The notes beneath the pieces are model-generated. The model searched no databases and was not told the DNA's origin. It saw only the letters and a program-made list of their open reading frames with translations. A DNA stretch of 64,000 bases from Magnetococcales bacterium. Its GTDB lineage: Bacteria; Pseudomonadota; Magnetococcia; Magnetococcales; UBA8363. A program made the position numbers and the translations under genes. This document shows, piece after piece, positions 7,916 to 17,303 of the stretch (positions are counted from its first letter, which is position 1; each line of letters opens with the position of its first letter). The stretch covers positions 1,128-65,127 of the forward strand of contig JADGCQ010000010.1 of NCBI GenBank assembly GCA_015228925.1, given 5' to 3'.

Positions 7916-10647
7916 ACTTAAAGTTTACCAATGTTTTTAAAATTTGCACAGCTAAAGTTCATACTTCACAGGGACTTGAAAACGTGACCAGTCGAACCGC
8001 CTTCTTCAAAACCATCCTCGGTGCCATGATCTTTATGGTTGCATGTTTTTCTCCTCTGCCGTCGAAAGGAGACGAACCCTCTTCCGGCAGTTGTGGTGCT
8101 TTCGATTTTTCCCGTTTTACGCAGGATGGCAAACTGAAATGGTCGGGAATTGTCCGGGTCATGCGCCAGGATGCCCTATTGTTTGATGATGATCAGGGGA
8201 CAAAACGGGCAGGATTTCTCACCTTCAATCAACAAGGGGAACTCCTGGAAGAAAGTGGCCGGATGTTGAAAATGCGGACTTACCGTTACAAAGGTCAACC
8301 CGAAGTCGTCGGATGGGTGGCCAAAGAGGATCTGCTTTGTCGCAATATGCCGGTTAAAAGCGACACCGGATTGGAGATGAAATTTTTCATCAAAACCAAT
8401 ACCGAGCCGCGCCCCGATGATGTCCAAACCACCGATGAAAAATCGGACCCTTCCGTGCAAATTTTCCAAGATCCAGAGTTGAAGGATTGCGTTGGAGGGC
8501 AGGGCAATTGCCGCGAAGGGGCTTCAAGGTTTCACATGTATTTTGTTTTTGACCAAACCGGGGACGCCTATCTGCTGGCGGATCGGTTTCGATTGGAAGA
8601 TGACGACCAATTGTTGGGTTGGGTGGCCAAGAAGGATGGGTTTCTTTGGAACAACGCTTTCAGCATTCGTCCTCGGGAAGACCTTGTATCCCCGGATGGC
8701 TCCGGCCCTGGGACCGTTTGCACCTACGAACAACTCAAGGATGCCGTGGCTGGCGACCGGGCGGTGTGTCATCCCATTATGGGTGGTCGGGAGTGGTTCA
8801 AGTCGGCCCTCAGAATTCCGGTTCTGGAGATGGTCGATCAAAATAATCGGCATATTTCGCCGAATATGGTGGGGGCGGTCAATGAACAACGGAGATTCTA
8901 CAAGGTGGCCCTAGCCCGCCCCGGTTTGGTAGGGCGGCGCATCAGCGATGACAAGGTTGCCATTTCTACAGGATTGGCATCACGCATCATGCCCGGTTTT
9001 TCCTCGCTGACATCCAAAAAGCATGTTGATATTTTTTTCCTTCTTGACGCTACCGCCAGTATGGAACCATTTATCGATGCTGTTCGCGGTACGCCATCCG
9101 CCCCAGGGGTGATTCAGGAGATCATCAACAAGATCAAAACATCGCAAGGTTTCAAGGAGACGGAGTTTCGTTTTGGTTTTCGTGTCTATCGGGATCCCTA
9201 TGCCGATAGTCAGTTTTCGGATGGACCGGGTGAAGGGATCGGAGAGGGGCATCCGTTGCCTTCCCAGTGTGATCTTAATGAAACCCAGCAAAAAGTTGCC
9301 TTTGAGTCTTTTCAAAAGTCCATGGCCAAAGTTCGCGTGTCGGGTAACGATGTGGAGGATGATTATCCAGAGAATCTTTTTGGCGGTTTGAACCAGGTTC
9401 TCGGCCAGGATCTGAAACCTTGCCCGGACAATCTTAAATTGTTGTTTGTCATTGGTGATAATGGCTATCAAACCAGTCGTCCCGCCAGCAATAATCAGAA
9501 TCGGGTTTTCCAGAAGGCCAAATATGCCAATCCTGTTGCTCGAAAGACTTTGGTTTCTCTGATGCATCGGGGGAGCAAGGGGTTGGGGGATAACCTGATC
9601 AGCTTTTTTATCCAAACCCCCTCTCATGCCGAACAAGTCAGGCACCCGGAATCCTATCGCAAAGCTTATTCCGAGTTTGAGGTTCAGACCAAGGATCTTT
9701 TGAGCCAGAGTTTGCCCGCAGACAGCAAATTGGAAGACCATTTTTTCCGTATGGGGGAGAATGGACTGGTTCAAAGGGTGGTGGGAACGGTTGAAAAATT
9801 GGGTAGCAGTGCCTTGATTGACGAGATCATACTCGATATCCGTGGTGGTGGTGCATTGACCAGCATCATCGATCGTCTGCGTCGGGAACGGGTGGACATT
9901 CCAGGTGTTTATTGGCATATTTTAAAACAGGGTGCCTGTGGGGAGTTGGGCAAACAGTGTGACCAGCGTATTTATGATACCACCCGTATCGGGTATATCG
10001 AAGCCGATGAGAAAGTGGTGGAAGAATTGTGGGTCACCAGCAGTGCCCTTTCCTCCTGGATCCGTATTTTGCGTGGTTTTGAGGGTTATTTTGATCTGCC
10101 AGAAGCGCAGTTGCGCCGAGCGTTGGTGAATGCCCTGGTGGTGGGATTGCAACAGGAAATACGGCGCCCCCCCATCGATGCGTCGGGTGAGACGCCAGCG
10201 GAATATGCCCAAAGGCGCGGTGGACTTCCGGTTCGCAATCACAGCCCCTTGCTCAGTTACAATGTCAACTCACTGTTGTCCGAGAAGACAGCCCGAAATA
10301 AGGATGGCCACCTTGTTGTTGTCGGACCGGACGGTTCCCCTCTTCTGGATAAGGCGGGTTTAACGGTCCCGGCTGTCCCTGTTTGTGAACTCAGACGGTT
10401 GGCTTCGTGGGCGATTCGTTCCAAGGAAATGTTGGAGATTATCGAAAAAGATTTCAATAAACCCGTTTTTAAGGTTGAATCCTATAGTCCCCATCTTTGT
10501 CCCGATGCCACGGATAACGGGCGTAGGATGGTGAAGATTGATGGGTTGATTCGGCCAGAGCCTCTTGGTGATGACAAGGATTTTCGTTTTGCGCACACAT
10601 TTGGTGGTAGTCGTGGGTATTGGATTCCGCAGGAGTTTTTGCCATGA
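7912..10647 (+). CDS. large exported or lipoprotein-like protein with a central vWA-like domain
   Basis: 911 aa. Hydrophobic N-terminal segment ILGAMIFMVACFSPL (signal or lipobox-like). Duplicated GWVAKEDLL / GWVAKKDGF motifs. The vWA-like core is HVDIFFLLDATASMEPFIDAV (MIDAS-like DxTxS) ... LLFVIGDNGYQ. Translationally coupled on both sides (ATGA overlaps). Confidence 0.6.
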   Translation: MNLKFTNVFKICTAKVHTSQGLENVTSRTAFFKTILGAMIFMVACFSPLPSKGDEPSSGSCGAFDFSRFTQDGKLKWSGIVRVMRQDALLFDDDQGTKRAGFLTFNQQGELLEESGRMLKMRTYRYKGQPEVVGWVAKEDLLCRNMPVKSDTGLEMKFFIKTNTEPRPDDVQTTDEKSDPSVQIFQDPELKDCVGGQGNCREGASRFHMYFVFDQTGDAYLLADRFRLEDDDQLLGWVAKKDGFLWNNAFSIRPREDLVSPDGSGPGTVCTYEQLKDAVAGDRAVCHPIMGGREWFKSALRIPVLEMVDQNNRHISPNMVGAVNEQRRFYKVALARPGLVGRRISDDKVAISTGLASRIMPGFSSLTSKKHVDIFFLLDATASMEPFIDAVRGTPSAPGVIQEIINKIKTSQGFKETEFRFGFRVYRDPYADSQFSDGPGEGIGEGHPLPSQCDLNETQQKVAFESFQKSMAKVRVSGNDVEDDYPENLFGGLNQVLGQDLKPCPDNLKLLFVIGDNGYQTSRPASNNQNRVFQKAKYANPVARKTLVSLMHRGSKGLGDNLISFFIQTPSHAEQVRHPESYRKAYSEFEVQTKDLLSQSLPADSKLEDHFFRMGENGLVQRVVGTVEKLGSSALIDEIILDIRGGGALTSIIDRLRRERVDIPGVYWHILKQGACGELGKQCDQRIYDTTRIGYIEADEKVVEELWVTSSALSSWIRILRGFEGYFDLPEAQLRRALVNALVVGLQQEIRRPPIDASGETPAEYAQRRGGLPVRNHSPLLSYNVNSLLSEKTARNKDGHLVVVGPDGSPLLDKAGLTVPAVPVCELRRLASWAIRSKEMLEIIEKDFNKPVFKVESYSPHLCPDATDNGRRMVKIDGLIRPEPLGDDKDFRFAHTFGGSRGYWIPQEFLP

Positions 10648-11468
10648 ACTGGGGATTGCAGGTCCGTTCCGCCACGGTGAGTTGGGGTGGCGTCTTTGAT
10701 CTTCACGTCGGCGGTCTGAAGTTGGACGATGACAGTTTTTCCCGCCGGTTGCCGGTTTTGGGAAGGAGTGGCAGTGGCAAGAGTACCTTGCTGTATCTCC
10801 TGACCTTTCTCAAAAGACCCAAGGAGGGTTGGGTTCGGTGGACTTTCCCGGATGGTAATCAGGCCTCTTGGGGACCGAGGGGGCTGGATCCCGCCGCCTC
10901 TTCGCTCTCTTTGACCGATATCCGCCGTCGTTGTTTTGGTTTTGCCTACCAAAACAGCACGCTGACCCCTTATTTGCGTATTCGGGAAAATCTTCGTTAT
11001 CCATTGGAAATCTTGGGGAAGATGTCCAAAGATGACATGGATCGCAAGGTTCACACGGCTATGGAGCGGATCTTGTTACGTGATGAGGATGGTTCCTATA
11101 TTGAGGAAACCACGGCGGAGGAGTTTCTTGAGCGTTATCCCAACGAGCTTTCCGGTGGACAATTTCAGCGGGTCGCTCTGGCACAGGCGATGATTCACGA
11201 TCCTTATGTGTTGTTTGCCGATGAGCCGACGGGTAATCTTGATACCGAAACGCGCAAAGAGGTGATGGATTTGGTGGATCGTTGGCTTGCCAAAGGGGAT
11301 CGTTTGGTGATTTGGGTCACCCACCATCAATCCGATTCTACAGACCCCAAGGTCAGCCACTGGCTTATGGTTGCCAACAATCGTTGTCACCTTAGATTGA
11401 AGGGGGGCAAACGTGAACTTTTGGCCGGGGAAGGGAATGGATCTTCGTCTGGTCAGAATGGTGACTGA
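10644..11468 (+). CDS. ABC transporter ATP-binding protein (MacB/LolD/FtsE-like)
   Basis: Walker A GRSGSGKSTLL, signature LSGGQFQRVALAQA, Walker B VLFADEPTGNLD, H-loop VTHH. Start taken at ATG 10644, which overlaps the upstream stop (ATGA); the ORF track starts at 10620. Confidence 0.85.
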   Translation: MNWGLQVRSATVSWGGVFDLHVGGLKLDDDSFSRRLPVLGRSGSGKSTLLYLLTFLKRPKEGWVRWTFPDGNQASWGPRGLDPAASSLSLTDIRRRCFGFAYQNSTLTPYLRIRENLRYPLEILGKMSKDDMDRKVHTAMERILLRDEDGSYIEETTAEEFLERYPNELSGGQFQRVALAQAMIHDPYVLFADEPTGNLDTETRKEVMDLVDRWLAKGDRLVIWVTHHQSDSTDPKVSHWLMVANNRCHLRLKGGKRELLAGEGNGSSSGQNGD

Positions 11469-11605
11469 TGCGGTGGGAATGTGATGATGAACGTGATGCA
11501 AACCAATGATCGCTGTGAGGGTAGGAGGCTCCATGGTTGTGGCGTGTCGCGGCCATTGGGGTGTGGTATGGAAATTTGTTGGTGTCATGATCGTGGGTAC
11601 GGCTC

Positions 11606-13471
11606 ATGAGAGGGCTTCCGGTGTGGATCCCTTTGGGATGGAAGGCGTATTGGCGTTCCTTCAACTGTGGCCGTTTTGGGTGTGTGGGGGGAGGGCGTGA
11701 TTTTGCCTGGTTGACCTTGCTCCTTTCCCTGGTCATCGCCATGGCACTGCTGTTGGTTGGGAGCCGGGCCGGTCTTTTGGAACGGTTTACCGATGCCTTG
11801 CTGGGGACGTTGCGTCCTTATGGCGTCCCCATTTGGGCGACAGCACACTGGCAAAACCAGAATGGAATCAATTCTGGTCTCCTGGAAAGGTTGGCGGAAA
11901 TGGAAACGCGCGTCCCTGGAGAATCATTCGGGATGACCGCATATCCCTACCGACGCATCGCCAATTCCAGTCCGCAAATTTCTCTCCCGGGAACCGCCGT
12001 GTGGGATACCAGTATCCCTTTGATTGGTTGGGCGGTTTATCCCAATGATCCCCTTTGGAATTTGGGTACTGGATTTCCACAACGCCAAGTTGGCAACAAA
12101 CATTCGGCCAAGGAATGGTTTGACCTGCCGCTGACGGTGGTACTGAACGAATCCCTGTTTGCAACCCAGTTTGATTATGCCTCCTATAAAGAAGAGGTCC
12201 AACCTGTGTTGGAAGAAAAAAAACTGCGCCGACTTCCTGAAAGAGTGGCCAAGGGGCAGTTGAAAGATGTTTTGGATACGCTATGGTTGAAAGTGACCGT
12301 GGGCGATGAGGAGAAGATACTGCCCTTTCAGATACGCTGGGCCGACCATATTCCCGCCATGGAAAAGGTGGCTTATTTATTTCCATTGACGACCTACAAC
12401 GCACTGTTGGCGGCTCACCATCTTCCCGATCTGCATTATGATCCCATCACCCTGGGGAAAGGCAACGCCAACGATTATGAACGGTTGAAATCATCCACCT
12501 ATCCGGTTGCCGATCTGTTGGGTTTTTCCTTGTGTGTCTCCCAGGAGATTGAGGCCAGTGGCTTGACGGAACTTCCTGAAATTCGTCAGGATCGCTGTCC
12601 CAAACCAAAGCTTGCTTCTGGGCTTGGCCAAGTTACGGGACAGTCTGAGGAAGGGCAGGTCAAGGCCATTGCGGATACCTTGTTGCATGACCAGGAAAAT
12701 AATCTTTGGCTGCCGTGCCACCGGCTACCGCGCAGCAATCCCATGCGTCAGGAACTGTGTTCTGAATGGCGTGGTGATAGTGTGGGCAATCCTATTTTTC
12801 TCCCATGGAATGTGACCGGCGTTGGGACCGCCTTTGAAGCGGTTCACGTTTACGTTCCCGATCCCACCAAACTGACCAAGGGGATTGTCAGTGTCTTGTC
12901 CATTCGTACCAAAGAAGGGTTACAGGCATTTACGGTTCATCCCATGTATCAGGATGCCCTGAATCGTTTTAATCTGTTGAGCGATCTGCTTTCTACCATG
13001 GTGCCGGCTTATGCGGTGACGTTTGGTATTTTCCTGGGTACTTTGTTACTGGCCAATGTTGGGACATTGATCGGTCATCGGCAGCACCATTATGGAATCC
13101 TTTTGAGCCGGGGAATTCGTTGGACCGGAATCTATGCCAAGCTGATCTGGCAGATGGCCCTGGCAACCTTTTTTGCGGGTTCCATCGCCATATTTGCCAT
13201 GATTCCCGGCTTGCGTTACCTCCTGGAAGAGGGATTCCGACAGATTATCTACCAATATAAGGGACTCCTGCCACCGGGATATGAATTTGAAGTTCTCCCT
13301 TTGCCTTGGAGGTCTATTGCCGTGACCACCGGCGAGGTGTTTGCTATTGTGGTTTTGGTGACTATTTTTGTTTTACTGCGTCTCCCTATGCGTGCGGGAA
13401 CGGCCCCTTCCGATCTTCTCCACGGTGATGGTCGGGCACCAAGAAAAACCCGAAGAAAAGGTAAGGTCTGA
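11606..13471 (+). CDS. FtsX-like ABC permease with a large periplasmic domain (MacB-type topology)
   Basis: 621 aa. N-terminal TM (LTLLLSLVIAMALLLVG), ~400-aa extracytoplasmic region, and three C-terminal TM helices (YAVTFGIFLGTLLLANV..., ALATFFAGSIAIFAMIPGL, VFAIVVLVTIFVLL). Start uncertain. Confidence 0.6.
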   Translation: MRGLPVWIPLGWKAYWRSFNCGRFGCVGGGRDFAWLTLLLSLVIAMALLLVGSRAGLLERFTDALLGTLRPYGVPIWATAHWQNQNGINSGLLERLAEMETRVPGESFGMTAYPYRRIANSSPQISLPGTAVWDTSIPLIGWAVYPNDPLWNLGTGFPQRQVGNKHSAKEWFDLPLTVVLNESLFATQFDYASYKEEVQPVLEEKKLRRLPERVAKGQLKDVLDTLWLKVTVGDEEKILPFQIRWADHIPAMEKVAYLFPLTTYNALLAAHHLPDLHYDPITLGKGNANDYERLKSSTYPVADLLGFSLCVSQEIEASGLTELPEIRQDRCPKPKLASGLGQVTGQSEEGQVKAIADTLLHDQENNLWLPCHRLPRSNPMRQELCSEWRGDSVGNPIFLPWNVTGVGTAFEAVHVYVPDPTKLTKGIVSVLSIRTKEGLQAFTVHPMYQDALNRFNLLSDLLSTMVPAYAVTFGIFLGTLLLANVGTLIGHRQHHYGILLSRGIRWTGIYAKLIWQMALATFFAGSIAIFAMIPGLRYLLEEGFRQIIYQYKGLLPPGYEFEVLPLPWRSIAVTTGEVFAIVVLVTIFVLLRLPMRAGTAPSDLLHGDGRAPRKTRRKGKV

Positions 13472-13492
13472 AATGGCAGAGAATGTCGGCCC

Positions 13493-14518
13493 ATGCTAAA
13501 TGATGAAATTGTACCTTATCTTGTTGATATGACTGCACAATCAGACAGGATTGGGTTGATCGATGGTCTGGTCAAGACGCTGAATAAGTTTACATCGGCC
13601 TCTTTGGTCCGTTTTTTTGATTTGCACCAGAAGGCTGTCAAAGAGCAGCAAACATCCGGATTTTTGATTGAATACGTGCTGCATGAGCCTTTATCTCCCA
13701 TGAGTAAGGCAATCCATGTCGGTGAAATTCAAGGGTTGGCCCAGGTGATCGGTCAAAGTAGTCATACATTCGTACCCATCATGCGTCTTGCGTCAGACCA
13801 GGGCGAGCAATTGGTATTTGCCCTGGTGGAGGGGTCAAAGGTCCGTAGCGTTCTGCACTTGGAGACACCTAAGCTTGATGTGCAGGATGAGGTGATGTCC
13901 AGATTGTTTTGGAATATGTTCGTGAATCTGGAACGGACGATTCGTGCCAAGGATCAGGATCCTTTGACCGGGTTGTTGAATCGTCGTTCCTTCGATGAGA
14001 CGATTTCCACTATTCTTGATTGTAGTATGAATGACAGTGAGATTAACCGCCTGGGGGGTGAAGGGGCTTGTCTTGCTGTGTTTGATATTGACCATTTTAA
14101 ACGGGTCAATGATACGTTTGGACATGCCATTGGCGATGAGGTCTTGATTTTGTTTGCCCGCCAGATGGAACGGATGTTTCGTGTTGCCGATATTTTGTAT
14201 CGTTTTGGTGGAGAAGAGTTTTTAGTTATTTTGTTGGATGTGGATGTGATCAAGGCGCGTGCGGCATTGGAGCGTTTCCGGGAGAGCATTGCCACGCACC
14301 GTTTTCCGCAGGTCGAGACGGTGACGGTAAGTATTGGATTTGTTATGGTTAACGGCAGGGACTTTCCTCCAGAGTTGATCGAAAAGGCCGATAAGGCACT
14401 TTATTATTCCAAGGAAAACGGGCGTAATCAGGTCAATGGTTTTGACGATTTGGTCCGGGAAGGGTTGTTGGCCAGTATTGCGCATGGTAGCGAAGAAGAT
14501 GTGGAAGTGTGGGGATGA
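13493..14518 (+). CDS. diguanylate cyclase (GGDEF domain) with an uncharacterised N-terminal region
   Basis: 341 aa. DPLTGLLNRRSF, FDIDHFKRVNDTFGHAIGD, RFGGEEF (GGEEF active site), ALYYSKENGRNQ. Confidence 0.85.
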   Translation: MLNDEIVPYLVDMTAQSDRIGLIDGLVKTLNKFTSASLVRFFDLHQKAVKEQQTSGFLIEYVLHEPLSPMSKAIHVGEIQGLAQVIGQSSHTFVPIMRLASDQGEQLVFALVEGSKVRSVLHLETPKLDVQDEVMSRLFWNMFVNLERTIRAKDQDPLTGLLNRRSFDETISTILDCSMNDSEINRLGGEGACLAVFDIDHFKRVNDTFGHAIGDEVLILFARQMERMFRVADILYRFGGEEFLVILLDVDVIKARAALERFRESIATHRFPQVETVTVSIGFVMVNGRDFPPELIEKADKALYYSKENGRNQVNGFDDLVREGLLASIAHGSEEDVEVWG

Positions 14519-14593
14519 TCGTGGGGATCATCTTCCTTTCCCAAAGGGACGGACTATTTTTTAACCCTGTACCAGCCTTATGGATGTTGAACA

Positions 14594-15667
14594 ATGCTTT
14601 CTAATACCGTAATCAAGCCGAGTCAACGTTATCAAGAGCAATTGGACGGTGGTTTGCTGACACAGGACCAGGATCAGTCGGCGGCTTTGCCCTATTTGGA
14701 TGGTCTGGTGGAATCGCTGTGTCGTCCCGTGGCACTGACGGCCACCCAGGGGGTTATGGTTTGGCGGTATGAGGATGGTTTGCCAGAACCGCGAGGTCTC
14801 TACATGCATGGCCCGGTGGGGCGGGGCAAATCCATGTTGATGCAATGGGTGTTTGACGCGGTCCCTTTTAAGGAGAGACGCCGGGTTCATTTTCATCCGT
14901 TCATGGATGAACTGCATAATCGTATGCACAAGGCTAGGCCGGAAGTCAACGTGGATGTGATGTTGTATATTGCCAGTGAAATTGCTATGGAATCCAGGCT
15001 ATTGTGTTTTGATGAATTTTTTATTGATCATATTGCCGATGGGATGCTTTTGGGACGGTTATTATCCGCTTTGTTTCAGTGTGGGGTGACGTTGTGTGCC
15101 ACATCCAACTGGGATCCTGACAATTTATTCAAGGGGGGATACAACCGGGCCAGTTTTCTGCCATTGTTGAACACGATAAAAAAGCATGTGGAACCGATGG
15201 ATTTGTCCAGTGGTGCCGATTGGCGGCGTAAGGGGGGGGCTGTCGCATCTCTCAAGGATGGGACGGCGGAGGAGGAATTTATCCGATTGACCCAATCCAA
15301 ACCCAGTCCGGCCAAACTGACCTTGGGGCGTCATGAGATGGCCGTTCGGGGAAAGAAAAATGGTCTTTATTGGTTTGACTTTAAAGAATTATGTGTTCGC
15401 AATCTGGGGGCATCGGATTATATGGATTTATGCAAGAAGGCAACGACGGTCATCATTTCCGACATCCCCGATTTGCGGGCCAATGTGGCTGACTCCGCTT
15501 CACGTTTTGTCATCCTGGTGGATATGCTCTACGAATCCAAAATACCGCTCCGTTTGTATAGTGCGTTGGAATTTGACGAGCTTTGTCCAGAAGGGCCGGT
15601 GGCGTTTGAGTTTCGGCGGGCGGCATCCCGTTGTCACGAACTGATGCGGCTCAACGGTTCGTTATAA
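14594..15667 (+). CDS. zapE: cell division protein ZapE (AFG1-like ATPase)
   Basis: 357 aa. Walker A LYMHGPVGRGKSMLM, Walker B LLCFDEFFIDHIADGM, and overall AFG1/ZapE layout. Confidence 0.85.
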   Translation: MLSNTVIKPSQRYQEQLDGGLLTQDQDQSAALPYLDGLVESLCRPVALTATQGVMVWRYEDGLPEPRGLYMHGPVGRGKSMLMQWVFDAVPFKERRRVHFHPFMDELHNRMHKARPEVNVDVMLYIASEIAMESRLLCFDEFFIDHIADGMLLGRLLSALFQCGVTLCATSNWDPDNLFKGGYNRASFLPLLNTIKKHVEPMDLSSGADWRRKGGAVASLKDGTAEEEFIRLTQSKPSPAKLTLGRHEMAVRGKKNGLYWFDFKELCVRNLGASDYMDLCKKATTVIISDIPDLRANVADSASRFVILVDMLYESKIPLRLYSALEFDELCPEGPVAFEFRRAASRCHELMRLNGSL

Positions 15668-15714
15668 TCGTTGTATTGCATCGAAATGATCGGAGTCAAC
15701 ACGCCGCAACGCGA

Positions 15715-17205
15715 TCAGGTTCCGCAAAAGGTTTGATAAACGGGATTTTGTATCTCCGGGGGGTGCTGGTAGGAGGCGAATTCTGGTCGGTCCTCATAGG
15801 GGCAGGCGAGGGCAGACAATAGAGATTGCAACGGTTCCATGGTGTTGTTTTCGGACGCCGCACGTAAGGCTTCTTCCACCTTATGATTGCGTGGGATGAT
15901 CGCCGGATTATGGGACCGCATGTGTGTATGGGCAATGTCGGATGGTGTGGCATGACGGGCCAGTCGTTCTCGCCATCTTTGATGCCACGCCTTGAAAGCT
16001 TCGTGTTGGTACAAATCTTCGGGGCTAACCTGATCGATGTTCAACATGCGGAAGGTTTGGGTATAATCGGCTTGGTGCTGCTGCATCCACTGCAATAAGT
16101 CCGATACCAGGATGGCATCGTCAGGGGCTTCATCGCACAAGCCGATTTTTTTTCGCATCATAGCCAGCCATCGTGTATTAAAAAGTCCACGAAACGTTTG
16201 GATGGTTTCCTCGGCCATTTCGACGGCGGTATCTGGGTTGTCATGAAGGAGTGGCAAGAGTGTTTCGGCAAAACGGGCCAGATTCCATTGCATGATTTCG
16301 GGTTGTTTTCCAAAGGCGTACCGGCCTGCGTGGTCGATGGAACTGAACACGGTATCCTGGGCATAATGATCCATGAAAGCGCAGGGACCATAATCGATCG
16401 TTTCGCCAGAGATGGTTATATTATCGGTGTTCATGACGCCGTGGACAAAGCCGACACGCATCCAGTGGACAATCAAGTCTATTTGCCGATCCATCACCCC
16501 TTGGAGCAGCATCAAGGCTGGGTGATCGTTTTCCCGTATTTCGGGGAAATGCCGATTCAGGGCATAATCGACGAGGGTTCGGATCCCTGTAATTCCCCCT
16601 TTGATCGCCATATATTGAAAGGTGCCAACACGCAAATGGCTGGCAGCCACACGGGTCAATATGGCTCCGGGTTGTTCGGTTTCGCGGAATATTTGTTCTC
16701 CGGTGGTGACGACCGCTAGGCTGCGTGTTGTGGGAATCCCCAGGGCATGCATGGACTCACTGATGATATATTCGCGCAACATGGGTCCAAGGACCGCTTT
16801 GCCATCGCCGTTGCGTGAATAGGGGGTGCGACCGGAGCCTTTGAGTTGAATATCCAGGCGTTGATGATCGGGTGTCCGATGTTCACCCAGGACGATGGCC
16901 CGACCGTCACCCAGCATGGTGAAAAAGCCGAACTGATGGCCGGCATAGGCTTGTGCCAAGGGGTCAGCCCCTGGGGGGATCCGATTGCCCGAAAACAGGT
17001 GCGCACATTGCACATCGTTGGCGTCTGCAACGTGCAATCCGAGCTTCTTGGCAAGCGATACGTTGAAAATGACCATGCGTGGGTTTGGAACCTGGACCGG
17101 CAGGTGACGGGTATACATCAAGCTGGGCAGGTGCGGGTAGCTGTTATCAAAGCGGAAACCGGTAATACACATGTTGTCATCCTCCTCTCGGGTTTTTCCA
17201 AACAA
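15715..17205 (-). CDS. selO: protein adenylyltransferase SelO (YdiU/UPF0061)
   Basis: 496 aa. GHQFGFFTMLGDGRAIVLGE, DIQLKGSGRTPYSR, LREYIISESMHALGIPTTRSLAVV, GFVHGVMNTDNITISGETIDYGP. Confidence 0.9.
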   Translation of the reverse strand: MFGKTREEDDNMCITGFRFDNSYPHLPSLMYTRHLPVQVPNPRMVIFNVSLAKKLGLHVADANDVQCAHLFSGNRIPPGADPLAQAYAGHQFGFFTMLGDGRAIVLGEHRTPDHQRLDIQLKGSGRTPYSRNGDGKAVLGPMLREYIISESMHALGIPTTRSLAVVTTGEQIFRETEQPGAILTRVAASHLRVGTFQYMAIKGGITGIRTLVDYALNRHFPEIRENDHPALMLLQGVMDRQIDLIVHWMRVGFVHGVMNTDNITISGETIDYGPCAFMDHYAQDTVFSSIDHAGRYAFGKQPEIMQWNLARFAETLLPLLHDNPDTAVEMAEETIQTFRGLFNTRWLAMMRKKIGLCDEAPDDAILVSDLLQWMQQHQADYTQTFRMLNIDQVSPEDLYQHEAFKAWHQRWRERLARHATPSDIAHTHMRSHNPAIIPRNHKVEEALRAASENNTMEPLQSLLSALACPYEDRPEFASYQHPPEIQNPVYQTFCGT

Positions 17206-17303
17206 GAAGCTGTATCTTGGAATTTACCGGAATACCATGGAAAAAAAATCCCCGACTGTCTACCATGGCCGTCATTGGTTTGCTTGACTGATATTTTCGA
17301 CCT

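Noticed and set aside
8980-9918. 312-aa antisense ORF inside the vWA-like gene. Similar long antisense ORFs: 22681-23652, 33748-34710, 43079-44110, 49586-50494, 54475-55347, 58314-58994.
   Set aside because: Each lies fully within a longer opposite-strand ORF that carries clear protein-family motifs. Their translations are low-complexity (Gly/Arg/Pro/His-rich), typical of shadow ORFs.
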